A stretch of DNA of 63,602 nt, counting the filler. It is 4 parts of 4 records of this genome, joined end to end, with 100 filler letters (N's around TTAATTAATTAA, not from the genome) between each part and the next. Parts side by side here need not be neighbours in the genome. Positions count along the whole stretch, not along the records: positions 12,699 to 27,013 come from SRR20825010_827; positions 27,114 to 57,621 come from SRR20825010_828; 2 more parts are not named here. One strand, given 5' to 3'. Each line of letters opens with the position of its first letter. Within the stretch, counting starts at the first letter, position 1. The notes below the pieces were generated by a model. It worked only from the letters and a program-made list of their open reading frames with translations, had not been told where the DNA came from and searched no databases. Of this stretch, positions 21,536 to 32,654 are shown one piece after another. The position numbers and the translations under genes were made by a program.

Positions 21536-22987
21536 ATGAAAACGCTTATGCAAACATCAAACCTTAAAATAAACCATCTGCTCGTTGTGGCATTATTGTC
21601 TTTGACTTTTGGGTGTACAAATCGGAAAATCTGGAATGTTAATAACTACGGAGCAGTGGGCGATAGTACCGCTATCAATACGGAGGCTATTCAACAAGCC
21701 ATAGACGCATGTCATCATGCCGGTGGAGGAGAAGTGCTAATAAAAAATGGCACCTATTTATCAGGGACGATCATTTTGAAGGACAATGTAACTTTGAGAA
21801 TTGAGAAGGACGCCAAGCTAGTGAGTAGTGTTAATCCCAATCATTTTCAAAGTATTGATCCCTTCATTGATGCTACAGGTCAATATAGAGGTCAATGTCT
21901 TATCGGAGCGATAGGTGCCAAAAATATTGCTATTGTAGGAGGCGGAATCATTGACGGACAAGGCGAGATGTTCACGGTAGCGAATATTAAAAACACGATG
22001 AGTAATCTTGGAGAAGCATTGATCGTCCCAGAAATGCCCGTCGTAGATACTGCAAGTCAGAATTATATCAACAAAGACATTAAACCGTCTTACAGGCCAT
22101 TTTTAATCAGACTTGTTCGCTGTGAAAATATTCAGTTGCAAGATGTCAATCTTCGGCAGCCAGCAGCCTGGACGCTTCATTTTTTTCAATGTAAAAATTT
22201 CAAAGTTGATGGTATCAGCATATACAGTCATGCAAATAAAAACAATGATGCTATTGATATAGACAGTTCTTCGGATGGCATCATTGTAAACACAACGATA
22301 GATTCAGGTGATGATGCTATCTGTTTTAAGACGACTAGCCCTATAGCCACCGAGCGAATTGTAGTGACGGATTGCAAGATTAAAAGTGAATGGGGAGCGA
22401 TAAAATTTGGTACCGAATCGATGGGCGATTTTCGTGATATCGATGTAAGGAATTGTCTAATTCATGATACTCGCGGAGGGGGCATTAAGATTTTGAGTGT
22501 CGATGGAGCGAAAATTAGCAATATCAATATTGAAAACATTGAAATGCAGCAGGTGGATATGCCCATCTTTATTCGTTTGGGAGAACGCAGATTGGTCTAT
22601 CGCGATACTGAGCGACAGCCAGTTGGCTCAATAGAAAATATCAGGATATCAAAGATCAATGCCACGACATGGACACTTGAAGCGTCACGCATGTCACCGC
22701 CTACAGGTATTTTTATTACGGGTACTCCAAATTATCCTATTGGGCGCGTGAAACTTGAGCACATCAAAATCATACTTCCAGGTGGCGGAGTTTTATCAGA
22801 AAAGGAATTGGAAGTGCCAGAAAATGAAACCAAATATCCTGAGTTCACATTTTTCGGGGAGATGTTACCAGCCTACGGATTGTATGCCAGACATATTGAC
22901 GGATTGCAAATAGTTGACATAACGTTTGAAACAATTGAAGCGGATGATCGAGACATGATTGTGTTGGTTGATGCTAAAAAAGATTAA
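21536..22987 (+). CDS. Glycoside hydrolase family 28-like (pectin lyase fold) lipoprotein
   Basis: 'YGAVGD...NTEAIQQAIDAC..GGG.V', 'NNDAIDID', 'GDDAICFK', 'IKFGTES'. Confidence 0.88.
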   Translation: MKTLMQTSNLKINHLLVVALLSLTFGCTNRKIWNVNNYGAVGDSTAINTEAIQQAIDACHHAGGGEVLIKNGTYLSGTIILKDNVTLRIEKDAKLVSSVNPNHFQSIDPFIDATGQYRGQCLIGAIGAKNIAIVGGGIIDGQGEMFTVANIKNTMSNLGEALIVPEMPVVDTASQNYINKDIKPSYRPFLIRLVRCENIQLQDVNLRQPAAWTLHFFQCKNFKVDGISIYSHANKNNDAIDIDSSSDGIIVNTTIDSGDDAICFKTTSPIATERIVVTDCKIKSEWGAIKFGTESMGDFRDIDVRNCLIHDTRGGGIKILSVDGAKISNINIENIEMQQVDMPIFIRLGERRLVYRDTERQPVGSIENIRISKINATTWTLEASRMSPPTGIFITGTPNYPIGRVKLEHIKIILPGGGVLSEKELEVPENETKYPEFTFFGEMLPAYGLYARHIDGLQIVDITFETIEADDRDMIVLVDAKKD

Positions 22988-22992
22988 TTGAA

Positions 22993-24537
22993 ATGAAAAA
23001 ATTATCAATATCCATCTTGTTGATTGTTACCTTTTTTGGGGTTACAACTAAGCTTTTCGCTCAAAAAAAGAAACCAAATGTATTGGTGATTTACACGGAC
23101 GATCATCGGTTTACGGGTATTCATGCTTTGGGTGGAGAGGCTGTTCTTACTCCTAATATGGATAATTTGGCATATGAAGGCATTGTATTTACCAAAACCT
23201 ATTTGCAAGGCGCTTTTAGTGGAGCCACTTGTATCCCAAGTCGGGCGATGCTGTTGACAGGGCGATCGGTTTTTGAACTGGATGGTATCGGGCGCAATAT
23301 TCCTGAAAAGGATAAAATGATGGGAGAGGCTTTCCGCGAAGCAGGATATTATTCACATATCGTAGGAAAATGGCACCAAGATGATGAGTCGCTTATGCGC
23401 GGTTTTGATTCTGGTGGGAAAATCATGGGAAGATCGGCTTACCTTGTGGATCACTTCAGAATGCCTCTTTGGGATTGGAACAAAGAAGGGAAATATAACC
23501 CACAAGATGCCTATCTGATGGTTTATGAGGAAAATGGAAAGGTGGTACGAAGATCTTTTTCAAAGGAGGATAAAAGAGGGCCTTTTGGAACAGAAGAAAA
23601 TGGGCCTCATACTTCTGAAATCTTTGCTGATGATGCTAGTGGCTTTATCAAGTCGTATAAAAATAAGAAGCCATTTTTCTTATACTTAGCTTTTCATGCA
23701 CCGCACGATCCTCGCCAAGCACCAAAAGCTTTTAAGGAAATGTACCCCGAAAAGGATATGAATCTCCCTCCTTCCTATCTTCCACAGCACCCATTTGACA
23801 AAGCGGATTTGCAGGTTCGAGATGAAGCATTGGCAGTTTGGCCAAGAACAATTGCGGTTTCACAGAAGGAATTATCAGATTATTATGCCATCATCACTCA
23901 TCTAGATGAGCAAATTGGTCGCGTCATTCAGGCACTTAAAGCTTCGGGTCAGTACGAAAATACAATTATCATATTGGCTGGAGATAGTGGTTTGGCAGTC
24001 GGTAATCATGGATTGATGGGAAAACAAAATGTGTATGATGAGGATGGCATACATGTGCCGTTAATTATTTCGGGAAATTTGATAAAGGAAAAAGGAAAAC
24101 GAATGGATGCCTTTAGCTATACCCACGATATTTTCCCGACAGTCTGTGATCTTGCAGGTGTTCCAATTCCGCCATCGGTTTCTGGCCTTAGTTTGCTGCC
24201 AGTGATTAAGGGCGAAAAGGAACAAATTCGTAATTTCACTTACCATGCCTACAAGCAATATGAGAGAGCCTACCGCAAAGGTGATTACAAATTGATCGAG
24301 TTTGTACGTGCAAAAGATGCTAACAATGAGGATGGAGAGTTTACTGCTGGTTCGCGAGTGACACTACTTTTCAATGTGACAGAGGATCCTTGGGAAATCA
24401 ATGATTTGTCATGGAAGGCTGAGCATACAACGCGAGTGCTTCAAATGCGATCAGAAATGATTGATAAATCTATTGAACTCAATGACGAGAACAAACACCT
24501 TGGGTTTGAATACAATTTTTGGGACTATTTCTACTAG
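22993..24537 (+). CDS. Sulfatase (S1, Cys-type)
   Basis: 'PNVLVIYTDD', CIPSRAMLLTG, GKWH, 'APHDP'. Confidence 0.93.
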   Translation: MKKLSISILLIVTFFGVTTKLFAQKKKPNVLVIYTDDHRFTGIHALGGEAVLTPNMDNLAYEGIVFTKTYLQGAFSGATCIPSRAMLLTGRSVFELDGIGRNIPEKDKMMGEAFREAGYYSHIVGKWHQDDESLMRGFDSGGKIMGRSAYLVDHFRMPLWDWNKEGKYNPQDAYLMVYEENGKVVRRSFSKEDKRGPFGTEENGPHTSEIFADDASGFIKSYKNKKPFFLYLAFHAPHDPRQAPKAFKEMYPEKDMNLPPSYLPQHPFDKADLQVRDEALAVWPRTIAVSQKELSDYYAIITHLDEQIGRVIQALKASGQYENTIIILAGDSGLAVGNHGLMGKQNVYDEDGIHVPLIISGNLIKEKGKRMDAFSYTHDIFPTVCDLAGVPIPPSVSGLSLLPVIKGEKEQIRNFTYHAYKQYERAYRKGDYKLIEFVRAKDANNEDGEFTAGSRVTLLFNVTEDPWEINDLSWKAEHTTRVLQMRSEMIDKSIELNDENKHLGFEYNFWDYFY

Positions 24538-24551
24538 ACAGATTTGACTGC

Positions 24552-26338
24552 ATGAAAATGAAATCGGGAAGGCAAAAACTACTATTAATAGCTGTTATAT
24601 TATGCCAATTCAGCCATGTTTTGCTTGGTCAATCCGAAACGAAAAATAATCCAAACGTGATCCTGATACTTACAGATGATCAGGGTATTGGTGATTTGGG
24701 ATGTCTCGGAAACCCATGGTTGAAAACACCAAATATTGATGCGTTTCACCAAGATGCAGTGCGCATGACCGACTTTCATGTGAGTCCTCTATGCACGCCA
24801 ACACGCGCGGCAATCATGACAGGTCGCTATCCGATCAACAATGGAACATGGGCTACATTTAAAGGTCGCGACGCTCTTTCCGAGGGAGCCAACACAATGG
24901 CGGATGTTTTCAAACAGAATGGATACAAAACAGGCATTTTTGGCAAATGGCACTTGGGTGATAATTACCCTTCTCGACCAACAGATTTAGGTTTCGATGT
25001 AGCCGTTCAACACAAGGCAGGGGGAGTTGGCGAACTGTCAGATTATTGGGGAAACAACTACTTCAACGATGTGTATTATGTGAACAATGAGCCGCAGCAG
25101 TTTCAAGGCTACTGTACCGATGTGTGGTTTGATCAAGCCATAAATTTCATTGATGAAAACAATGAAAATCCATTTTTTGTCTACTTGCCCACCAATGCTC
25201 CACATGATCCTTGGTATGTAGATGAAAAATATTCAACCCTTTATAAATCTCTCGAAGGAAATGAAATTGTCAGCGCGGCATTTTACGGAATGCTTTCAAA
25301 TTTGGATGAAAACTGGAAGCTTTTCTGAAGAAAAGTGGTTTGATTGAAAACACCATCGTAATCTACATGACTGATAATGGCTCAAGTGGAGGCATTAGCC
25401 GTGATGGCAAAATGGGTTACAACAATGGATTCAGGGGAATGAAAGGCGCTAAAACAGATGGTGGTCATCGCGTTCCGTTTTTCATTCGGTGGCCAAACGG
25501 CCATATAGATGGCGGCAAGGATGTCAATATGCTTGCGGCGCATGTGGACTTGATTCCTACATTGGCTTCTTTATGCCAACTTTCATTGCCAGACGAAATG
25601 CCCCTAGATGGAATAGATTTTTCTTCAGCACTTTTCAAAAACAAAAATAAGGCACAGGATCGTACGGTTTTCGTACATCATCGCCAGGATTGGAGACCTC
25701 CTTTTGCTGTGGATCAAACATGTATTATGCAAGACCATTGGCGACTGATCAACGGAACAGAACTTTATGACATTGAGCGAGATAGAAATCAGGATGTCAA
25801 TATTGCCGCCAAGTATCCGTCGGTTGTAAGGCATCTCCTTCAGGAAAATGATGCATTTATTGAGACAGCCAAAAATACCAATACTTTTTTTGAACTTCCT
25901 GCATGTGTCATAGGGAATGAGGCACAAAATGAAATCAAACTGACCATTCAACATGCCATCGGAGAGGATGGAGGAATTTGGAAATCGGAACAAGTAGCTG
26001 CAGGGAAGAAAAACGGAAACAACACCCATTCCATTACAGTGGCTAACGATGGTGTTTATGAAATTACGTGTCGCAGATGGCCTAAGGAATGCCCAAGGCC
26101 AATCTGGGGAATTCCCAAAGAGAATCCCAAAAATTGGTTTGATTATCAGGCCATTCATCCACAGAAAGTAAGAATAAGCATTGCCAATCAAATGATGGAA
26201 AAGGAAATCGGAGCATCTGACGAAGAAGTGACCTTTTTGCTAAACCTTCAGAAAGGGAAAACTTTGTTGGTCAATGATTTTATCGAGGGAAATGAAAAGT
26301 ATGGGGTGTATTATACCTACATCCGAAAGTTGGAATAG
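24552..26338 (+). pseudogene. Arylsulfatase split by a frameshift near 25310
   Basis: N-half (CTPTRAAIMTG, GKWHLG) stops at 25328; the C-half frame reads LEAFLKKSGLIENTIVIYMTDNG from 25313, directly continuing the 'NLDEN' motif. Confidence 0.85.
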
Positions 26339-26772
26339 AAATGAATGTGCTCACAAGTGTTTTGAAGCGAACATAGCATTTTTTGTTTTTCAAACTCAAT
26401 TAAATAATGCCTCGCTGTGTCTCTTCTAATCCTATTATTTCATACAGAGTAGCACCAAGCCAATTTCAAACTGATTGAATGTCATAATTGATACAAGCGA
26501 ATCTATATTAAAAAGAACGGCTGGAATTTCATGATGACCTGAGAAAGCGTTTGGAAGAAGAAGCCGACCAAAAAAGGCCTTTGATTATTAGTTAGAAAAT
26601 ATAGGCACGATAGAGCATTATCCTAACCATTGTCCATTTCCAATTTTGCCCCCGTAATTGAAGGCAAAATCTGACCGTTTGATAGTTGTTTCTAGTCTTA
26701 CATTTGTTAAGGGTCATCAATACAAATGATTTCAGTGATAAATAAGACAATGAGAATTGTAGACTATTCGAT

Positions 26773-27013
26773 ATGCCTTTTATTGGGCATTTATTGCTCG
26801 ATGTGTTGAGAGATGGCAATGATAATTGGTATGATGTCAGCACAAATCCTACTTACTTAATCAGTTTTCCGAAGATTACCGATTGGAATACCGTTTCGCA
26901 AGCGCATAGGGAAGAACGAGAGTTGATCGTAAGTGAGATTCCCAAATTTGATCTTTACGGTAGCGAGCATGACGCTCCAGCAGAGGGGTATAGCACGGTG
27001 GACGCCTTAGAAT
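26773..27013 (+). CDS. Hypothetical ORF running into the gap
   Basis: 80 open codons to the contig end; no recognised motif. Confidence 0.25.
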
Positions 27014-27113
27014 NNNNNNNNNNNNNNNNNNNNNNNNNNNNNNNNNNNNNNNNNNNNTTAATTAATTAANNNNNNNNNNNNNNNNNNNNNNNNNNNNNNN
27101 NNNNNNNNNNNNN
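27014..27113. other. Artificial contig spacer
   Basis: N44-TTAATTAATTAA-N44. Confidence 0.99.
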
Positions 27114-27208
27114 TTCGGAAAAAATAGTGAAGCATTCCTATAATAATTGTTCGTTTAACAACATAAACTCGATAAAATGCTGGTAGATAAGGAGCAACGA
27201 ATATATAA

Positions 27209-28576
27209 TCAACTGATAACCAGTCTTTTTGGAAACATTAAGGAAAACGTAGTGCGTTCATTAACCAAACTATCAACCTCCAAGTAACCTCCATGAAGAT
27301 TCATGATTTGGCGAGAGACACTCAGTCCGATACCGGAACCTTCCTTTTTGGTAGTATAAAAGGGCACAAACAGCTTTTCAAGTTTTTCTGGTTCAATCCC
27401 AGGTCCATTATCAGAAATGTTGATGCTGAAGTACTCCTGATGCTGTTCACAATATATTCTAATATTCCCTTCTTCAATTTCCTGGAGCGCTTCGCAAGCA
27501 TTTTTGATGGTGTTGATTAGCACCTGCTCGATAAGTGATTTATCCACGGACAGCATTGTCGTAAATGAATCTTGTTCAATACAGAGTCTGTCTTGCCTAA
27601 TTGTGTTTTTCATCAACAATACAACCCCTTGAATTAACTGACCAATTTCAATCGGCTGAAATTCAGGGTTTGGAATTCTAGTAAGCTTCCGGTAATTATT
27701 GACAAATTTGAGGATGCCTTCACTACGTTCTTTGATGATCCCCAATGAATCGTTGATGTCCCGAAGGTTTTCTTCGGTCAGTGATTCGACGGATTTTTCA
27801 ACGCCATCATCATCTAAAAGAACCATTTGAATTGTTTCTGTTAGCGAAACCAATGGCGTGACCGAATTCATGATTTCGTGCGTCAGGATTCGGATGAGTT
27901 TATGCCACGCTTCAATTTCCTTGCTTTGAATTTCTGATTTTATATCCCGAAAGGAACAAATCTTATATTTATTTCCCTGAATGATTACAGCACTTACACT
28001 AACTGAAAAATATCGATCCTGACCAGCAATCCTCGATTCAATCAATTGGTTTTTCGCTTCCTCGAACTGTAAAACATTTTTCAAAAACAAAGTGCTTTCA
28101 TTTTGAAGCTTCGTCCACTTGGAAACTGGCGGAATCTGAAGCAAGGATTGAGCGTGTTGATTGATAAGTAATATTTCCGAGCGCTCATCAAAAGCGATGA
28201 TTCCAAACTCAATCTGATCCACAAGTTGTTTAAGGAACAGAAATTGAGCTGCATTTGCGGTTTCAAGCGCTCGAAATACCTCTGCCAATTCATTAAATGA
28301 GGCATGAAGCACTTTAAACGAGTGTGTCTTTTCGGAACGAGTGAAATTCACGGTAAAATCTCCGTCCTTCACCGAGGCAATGAATCTGGCGAGATCATAA
28401 TTGGTGCGGTTCACAAAGATGACAAGCTCAACGATCTGAGCCAGAACAACGACCAACAAGATTAGCTGAGTGAACAAAAGGTCTCCACGAGGAAATAACA
28501 TAGCCATTGAAACCAATGTGGCCAAAAGCAAAACGACGCGCAAGAGTGTTTTGAAAAAGAACCTATTAAAGACCAT
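27209..28576 (-). CDS. Sensor histidine kinase (NtrY-like)
   Basis: Two N-terminal TMs, 'LTHEIMNS', 'QVLINTIKNA', 'DNGPGI', 'FYTTK..GSGIGL'; start set at MVFNRF, overlapping the regulator stop. Confidence 0.92.
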   Translation of the reverse strand: MVFNRFFFKTLLRVVLLLATLVSMAMLFPRGDLLFTQLILLVVVLAQIVELVIFVNRTNYDLARFIASVKDGDFTVNFTRSEKTHSFKVLHASFNELAEVFRALETANAAQFLFLKQLVDQIEFGIIAFDERSEILLINQHAQSLLQIPPVSKWTKLQNESTLFLKNVLQFEEAKNQLIESRIAGQDRYFSVSVSAVIIQGNKYKICSFRDIKSEIQSKEIEAWHKLIRILTHEIMNSVTPLVSLTETIQMVLLDDDGVEKSVESLTEENLRDINDSLGIIKERSEGILKFVNNYRKLTRIPNPEFQPIEIGQLIQGVVLLMKNTIRQDRLCIEQDSFTTMLSVDKSLIEQVLINTIKNACEALQEIEEGNIRIYCEQHQEYFSINISDNGPGIEPEKLEKLFVPFYTTKKEGSGIGLSVSRQIMNLHGGYLEVDSLVNERTTFSLMFPKRLVIS

Positions 28577-29924
28577 ATTTTTCCAATCTGCGGTAAAGTG
28601 CCTGTCGGTCAATCCCTAAATCTCTCGCTGAATGGCTAATATTCCCTTTGTTCTTCTTCAGCGATTTGAGAATAAGGCTTTTTTCCATCTCTTCTATATT
28701 CAGATTTGTTTCGCCGGATTCGGAAACATTGTTGACCACCTGGAGCTGGGCAGGAGTGATCACTGTTTGCGATGCGAGAATCACTGTTCGTTCCACTATG
28801 TGGGCCAGTTCCCGGATGTTTCCGGGCCAAGTGTACTCTTTTAGTGCATCTAGTGCTTCATTGCTCATTTTGAGACTCGATTTTCGATATTTATTCTTAT
28901 AAACACTCATGTAATGACCAACTAAGAGCGGAATATCATCTATCCTTTCTTTCAATGGGGGAACCAGAATCTCAATTGTATTGATCCGATAAAGCAAATC
29001 CTGCCGAAACAGACCATCCCTAACCAACTCATTTATATCCGCATTTGTGGCTGAAATAAATCGCACATCCAAAGAAATGGACTGATTCGAACCCAGACGT
29101 GTGATTCTTTTCTGCTCAATCACGGTGAGCAGTTTTGATTGCTGTGCCGGGTTTATGTTTCCAATTTCATCCAAAAAAATCGTTCCGCCATCGGCGATTT
29201 CCAACTTGCCCGCCCTTTCGGTTTTTGCATCTGTAAAGGCTCCCTTAACATGACCAAAAAGCTCCGATTCGAACAAGCTTTCAGAAAGCGAGCCCAAATC
29301 CACCTTGACAAACGCCTTATCACTTCTCCCCGATTTCTGGTGTAGCTCATGAGCAACCATCTCTTTACCTGTCCCATTTTCACCCAAAATCAAAACATTA
29401 GCGTCTGTTGGTGCCACCTTACTTATGGTTTCCATCATACGGTTAAACGGAGCGGAGTTGCCGATCATTCTTTCCGAATTAATCCTGTTCAATTGTTCAT
29501 TGACATCCTTCAAAACTCTGATTTCCTGGTTGGCGTTTCGAATGCTTAACAAATTAACAATGGTCGTGTAGAGCTTCTCGTTTTGCCAAGGTTTCGTAAC
29601 AAAATCCCGTGCACCACGCTTCAGCGCCTCTACCGCCAAATCAATCTCACCATAAGCCGTAATAGGAATTACTTCCGTACCTGGATATTCGCGGATGATG
29701 TGCTCTATCAATGAAAGTCCCTCTTTGCCGTCGCTCTCGCCCCTCGAATAGTTCATATCGAGCAGCACTATATCAAATGGCGTTTCCCGCATCACCTTAT
29801 CCAGAGACTCGGGCCCTTTCAAACCATGAACATGGTCAAATTTCTGCTTCAGAAAGAGCCTGGCAGTAGCAAGTATGGCCGGATCATCATCTACTATCAA
29901 AATGTGCGTACGATGTTTTTCCAT
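28566..29924 (-). CDS. Sigma54-dependent response regulator (NtrC family)
   Basis: REC domain, 'GENGTGKE', 'FESELFGHVKGAFTDA', 'WPGNIREL', Fis-type HTH; start set at MEKHRT. Confidence 0.95.
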   Translation of the reverse strand: MEKHRTHILIVDDDPAILATARLFLKQKFDHVHGLKGPESLDKVMRETPFDIVLLDMNYSRGESDGKEGLSLIEHIIREYPGTEVIPITAYGEIDLAVEALKRGARDFVTKPWQNEKLYTTIVNLLSIRNANQEIRVLKDVNEQLNRINSERMIGNSAPFNRMMETISKVAPTDANVLILGENGTGKEMVAHELHQKSGRSDKAFVKVDLGSLSESLFESELFGHVKGAFTDAKTERAGKLEIADGGTIFLDEIGNINPAQQSKLLTVIEQKRITRLGSNQSISLDVRFISATNADINELVRDGLFRQDLLYRINTIEILVPPLKERIDDIPLLVGHYMSVYKNKYRKSSLKMSNEALDALKEYTWPGNIRELAHIVERTVILASQTVITPAQLQVVNNVSESGETNLNIEEMEKSLILKSLKKNKGNISHSARDLGIDRQALYRRLEKYGL

Positions 29925-30148
29925 AAAGCTGAAATTGATGAATAAATTTACTTCAATTTCATAATGGTACATTCTTAAAATGGGGAATCAAATCTGAAAT
30001 GGGATTGCGAAACCGAAAGTATCAAGAAGTCATAATTGTGTTGTAATGATAGGAAAGTGTATTAAAAACAAACACTTGACTGTCCGGTCTGCTCCAGGTA
30101 ACGGCATCAAATTGTGTTATCTTATTGATTGTCTGATGATTACACTTA

Positions 30149-30163
30149 TGGCACATGTTTAGT
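30149..30163 (+). promoter_or_regulatory. Candidate sigma54 (-24/-12) promoter for the ABC permease
   Basis: TGGCAC-ATGTT-TAGT, divergent from an NtrC-family gene; GTGT-N11-ACAC at 30057-30075 could be the activator site. Confidence 0.5.
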
Positions 30164-30191
30164 AAGGAAAAGGAAAAACAACTGCTATCAA

Positions 30192-32612
30192 ATGTTTAAG
30201 AACTATCTGATCACCGCATTCCGTACATTAAAAAAAAACAAGGCGTATACCTTTATCAACGTCATTGGTTTGGCCCTCGGCATTGGGTGTTCCCTCGTAA
30301 TTTTTAAGGTGATCCAGTTTGAATTGAGTTATGACAAGCATCATCCGAATTATGAATCCATTTATCGCCTCAATCGTGAATCCATTTATCCCGATAGGGT
30401 AGATAAGGGAATGGGTACACCGCACCCGCTAGGGCCTGCTGTGAAAGCAGATTATCCGGAAATTAAAGAAGTAGCACGTACATTTTTTGAGGAAGGTGGT
30501 CAAATAGATATTAAGAATGAAAACGGTCGGATTGATAAATTTCTGATTGAGGAGGGCATTGTTTTTACCGAAAATTCCTTTTTCAAAATTTTCAACGTTG
30601 AATGGATCGCCGGAGATCCTGAAACAGCGTTGAAACGGCCAAATACCGTGGTAATCGCTAGTTCAGTCGCCCGCCAGCTATTTGGTTTGACCGAAGGGAA
30701 AGAAACAGATGCCATTGGTAGATTAATTACCTTCAAAACAGATTTTGAAATTACAGGGATAGTCGCCGACCCTCCAAAAGCAACCAATTTTCCTTTTACC
30801 TTTTTCTTTGAGTATACAGGACAGGAAGCATCCAACCCCTATTTTTTTAAGGGTCAGGAATGGAATTCAACAAGCTCCAGCACCAATACGTACATCTTGC
30901 CCGGTGAGGATTTCAGTCCTGCGGCATTTGATAAAAAACTCGTTGGACTTGTCGAGAAATACTATTCTCAGGAGGAAACCGAGCGAAGAAGGTTTGTGGT
31001 ACAGCCTCTTTCCACCATTCACTTTGATAAAGAATATCGTGCCTATTCCAGAACCATTTCAAAAGAATTTATTTATGCACTAGGGATCATCGGATTGTTT
31101 CTGGTACTGACTGCATGTATTAATTTTATTAACCTAGCAACAGCACAAGCCGTAAATCGTGCAAAAGAAATCGGCATCCGGAAAGCCATTGGGGGACTTT
31201 CGCATCAACTGGTTACACAATTCATGTCTGAGATTGCCTCCATCACATTTATAGCTGTGATCATCTCTCTTGCCATTTCAGAGTTGCTCTTCATCGCACT
31301 AGAAGAGATTCTTGGCTTCCGATTGCAATTAGACTTTATTAACGATCCGCTTTCACTTGGCTTTCTGGTATTGGTTTTCATTCTGGTCAGTTTCATTTCC
31401 GGCTTTTACCCTTCGGTGCTTCTTTCGCGGATGAACGCCATCCTTGCTTTGAAAAGTAAGATCACCACCAAAAAGAACTCCGGTGGATTGTCGCTCCGAA
31501 AAGGGCTCGTTGTTTTCCAGTTTGCTATCTCTCAATTCCTAATTATAGCCACACTTGTTGTAGCAGCTCAAATGAAGTATTTCCAAAATAAAGAACTTGG
31601 CTTTCAAACGGATGCAATCATTGATTCCTATTTGCCTGATCAGGATGAAGTGAAGCGGGAGCGCTTTCGGGAATTGATGCTGGAATCGGCTACTATTAAG
31701 GATATCAGCTTTGCTTTATCACCTCCATTAGGAAACAGCAATTCAAACTCAAACTTCAACTATGCTCCATTGGAGTCGAAAAACAGCTACCGGGCCAATT
31801 TCAAAGTTTGCGACGAACATTATTTTGATTTTTACGAACTGCAACTTCTTGCCGGACGGAAATTACAAAAAGGAGATAGCAACAACATCGTGATCAATCG
31901 CCAGATCGCAGACTTGATTGGTTTTAAGAATAACTACGATTCTGCGATTGGAGCAACATTACAGACCGGATGGGATGGTGACAAAAGAATCGTTGGGGTC
32001 ATGGAAAACTTCCATTCTCAGTCATTGGAAGACGACATTGAATTTGTACTTCTAATTTACGTTCCTAAAATCTTTTACAGTTTTTCCTTTAAAGTTGCGT
32101 CACTGGCAAGTATGGAAGTTGGTCTGAACCATTTTCGAGCCTCATGGGAAAAAGTTTATCCTGAATACGTGATTGACTATGAATTCTATGACGAGCAACT
32201 TGCAAAGAATTATGAAACAGAGCAAAGCATTTCTTCCCTGCTTCGAATTTTTGCGCTTATTGCCATTCTAATTGGCTGTCTGGGACTCTATGGATTGATC
32301 TCGTTTATAGCCATCAATCGCACCAAGGAAATTGGTGTTAGAAAGGTGCTGGGTGCATCAGTCATTAATATTCTTGGGCTTTTTTCGAAGGAAATCCTTG
32401 TACTCACTTCTATTGCCTTTGTTTTCGCATCCCCTTTTGCCTATTATTTAATGAATAGTTGGCTGGAAAGCTACGTATTCAGAATCAGTATTGGGTATTC
32501 CTTTTTCGTCCTGTCTTTTGGTATTACCCTGCTCATTGCCCTCTTCACAATAAGTCACCGGTCCATATCAACAGCCATTATCAACCCGGCTTACACGCTG
32601 AAAGATGAGTAA
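30192..32612 (+). CDS. ABC transporter permease (MacB/FtsX family, duplicated)
   Basis: 'MFKNYLITAFRTL', 'ACINFINLATA..RAKEIGIRK', 'RTKEIGVRKVLGAS', 'NPAYTLKDE'. Confidence 0.93.
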   Translation: MFKNYLITAFRTLKKNKAYTFINVIGLALGIGCSLVIFKVIQFELSYDKHHPNYESIYRLNRESIYPDRVDKGMGTPHPLGPAVKADYPEIKEVARTFFEEGGQIDIKNENGRIDKFLIEEGIVFTENSFFKIFNVEWIAGDPETALKRPNTVVIASSVARQLFGLTEGKETDAIGRLITFKTDFEITGIVADPPKATNFPFTFFFEYTGQEASNPYFFKGQEWNSTSSSTNTYILPGEDFSPAAFDKKLVGLVEKYYSQEETERRRFVVQPLSTIHFDKEYRAYSRTISKEFIYALGIIGLFLVLTACINFINLATAQAVNRAKEIGIRKAIGGLSHQLVTQFMSEIASITFIAVIISLAISELLFIALEEILGFRLQLDFINDPLSLGFLVLVFILVSFISGFYPSVLLSRMNAILALKSKITTKKNSGGLSLRKGLVVFQFAISQFLIIATLVVAAQMKYFQNKELGFQTDAIIDSYLPDQDEVKRERFRELMLESATIKDISFALSPPLGNSNSNSNFNYAPLESKNSYRANFKVCDEHYFDFYELQLLAGRKLQKGDSNNIVINRQIADLIGFKNNYDSAIGATLQTGWDGDKRIVGVMENFHSQSLEDDIEFVLLIYVPKIFYSFSFKVASLASMEVGLNHFRASWEKVYPEYVIDYEFYDEQLAKNYETEQSISSLLRIFALIAILIGCLGLYGLISFIAINRTKEIGVRKVLGASVINILGLFSKEILVLTSIAFVFASPFAYYLMNSWLESYVFRISIGYSFFVLSFGITLLIALFTISHRSISTAIINPAYTLKDE

Positions 32613-32654
32613 GTTGGGTTGTTGGGTAAAATAAAAAAGATTTTCGTAATCCTT

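Noticed and set aside
26340-26772. Possible gene remnants after the sulfatase cluster (also 21300-21535)
   Set aside because: Only short broken frames with no identifiable family; cannot support a call.
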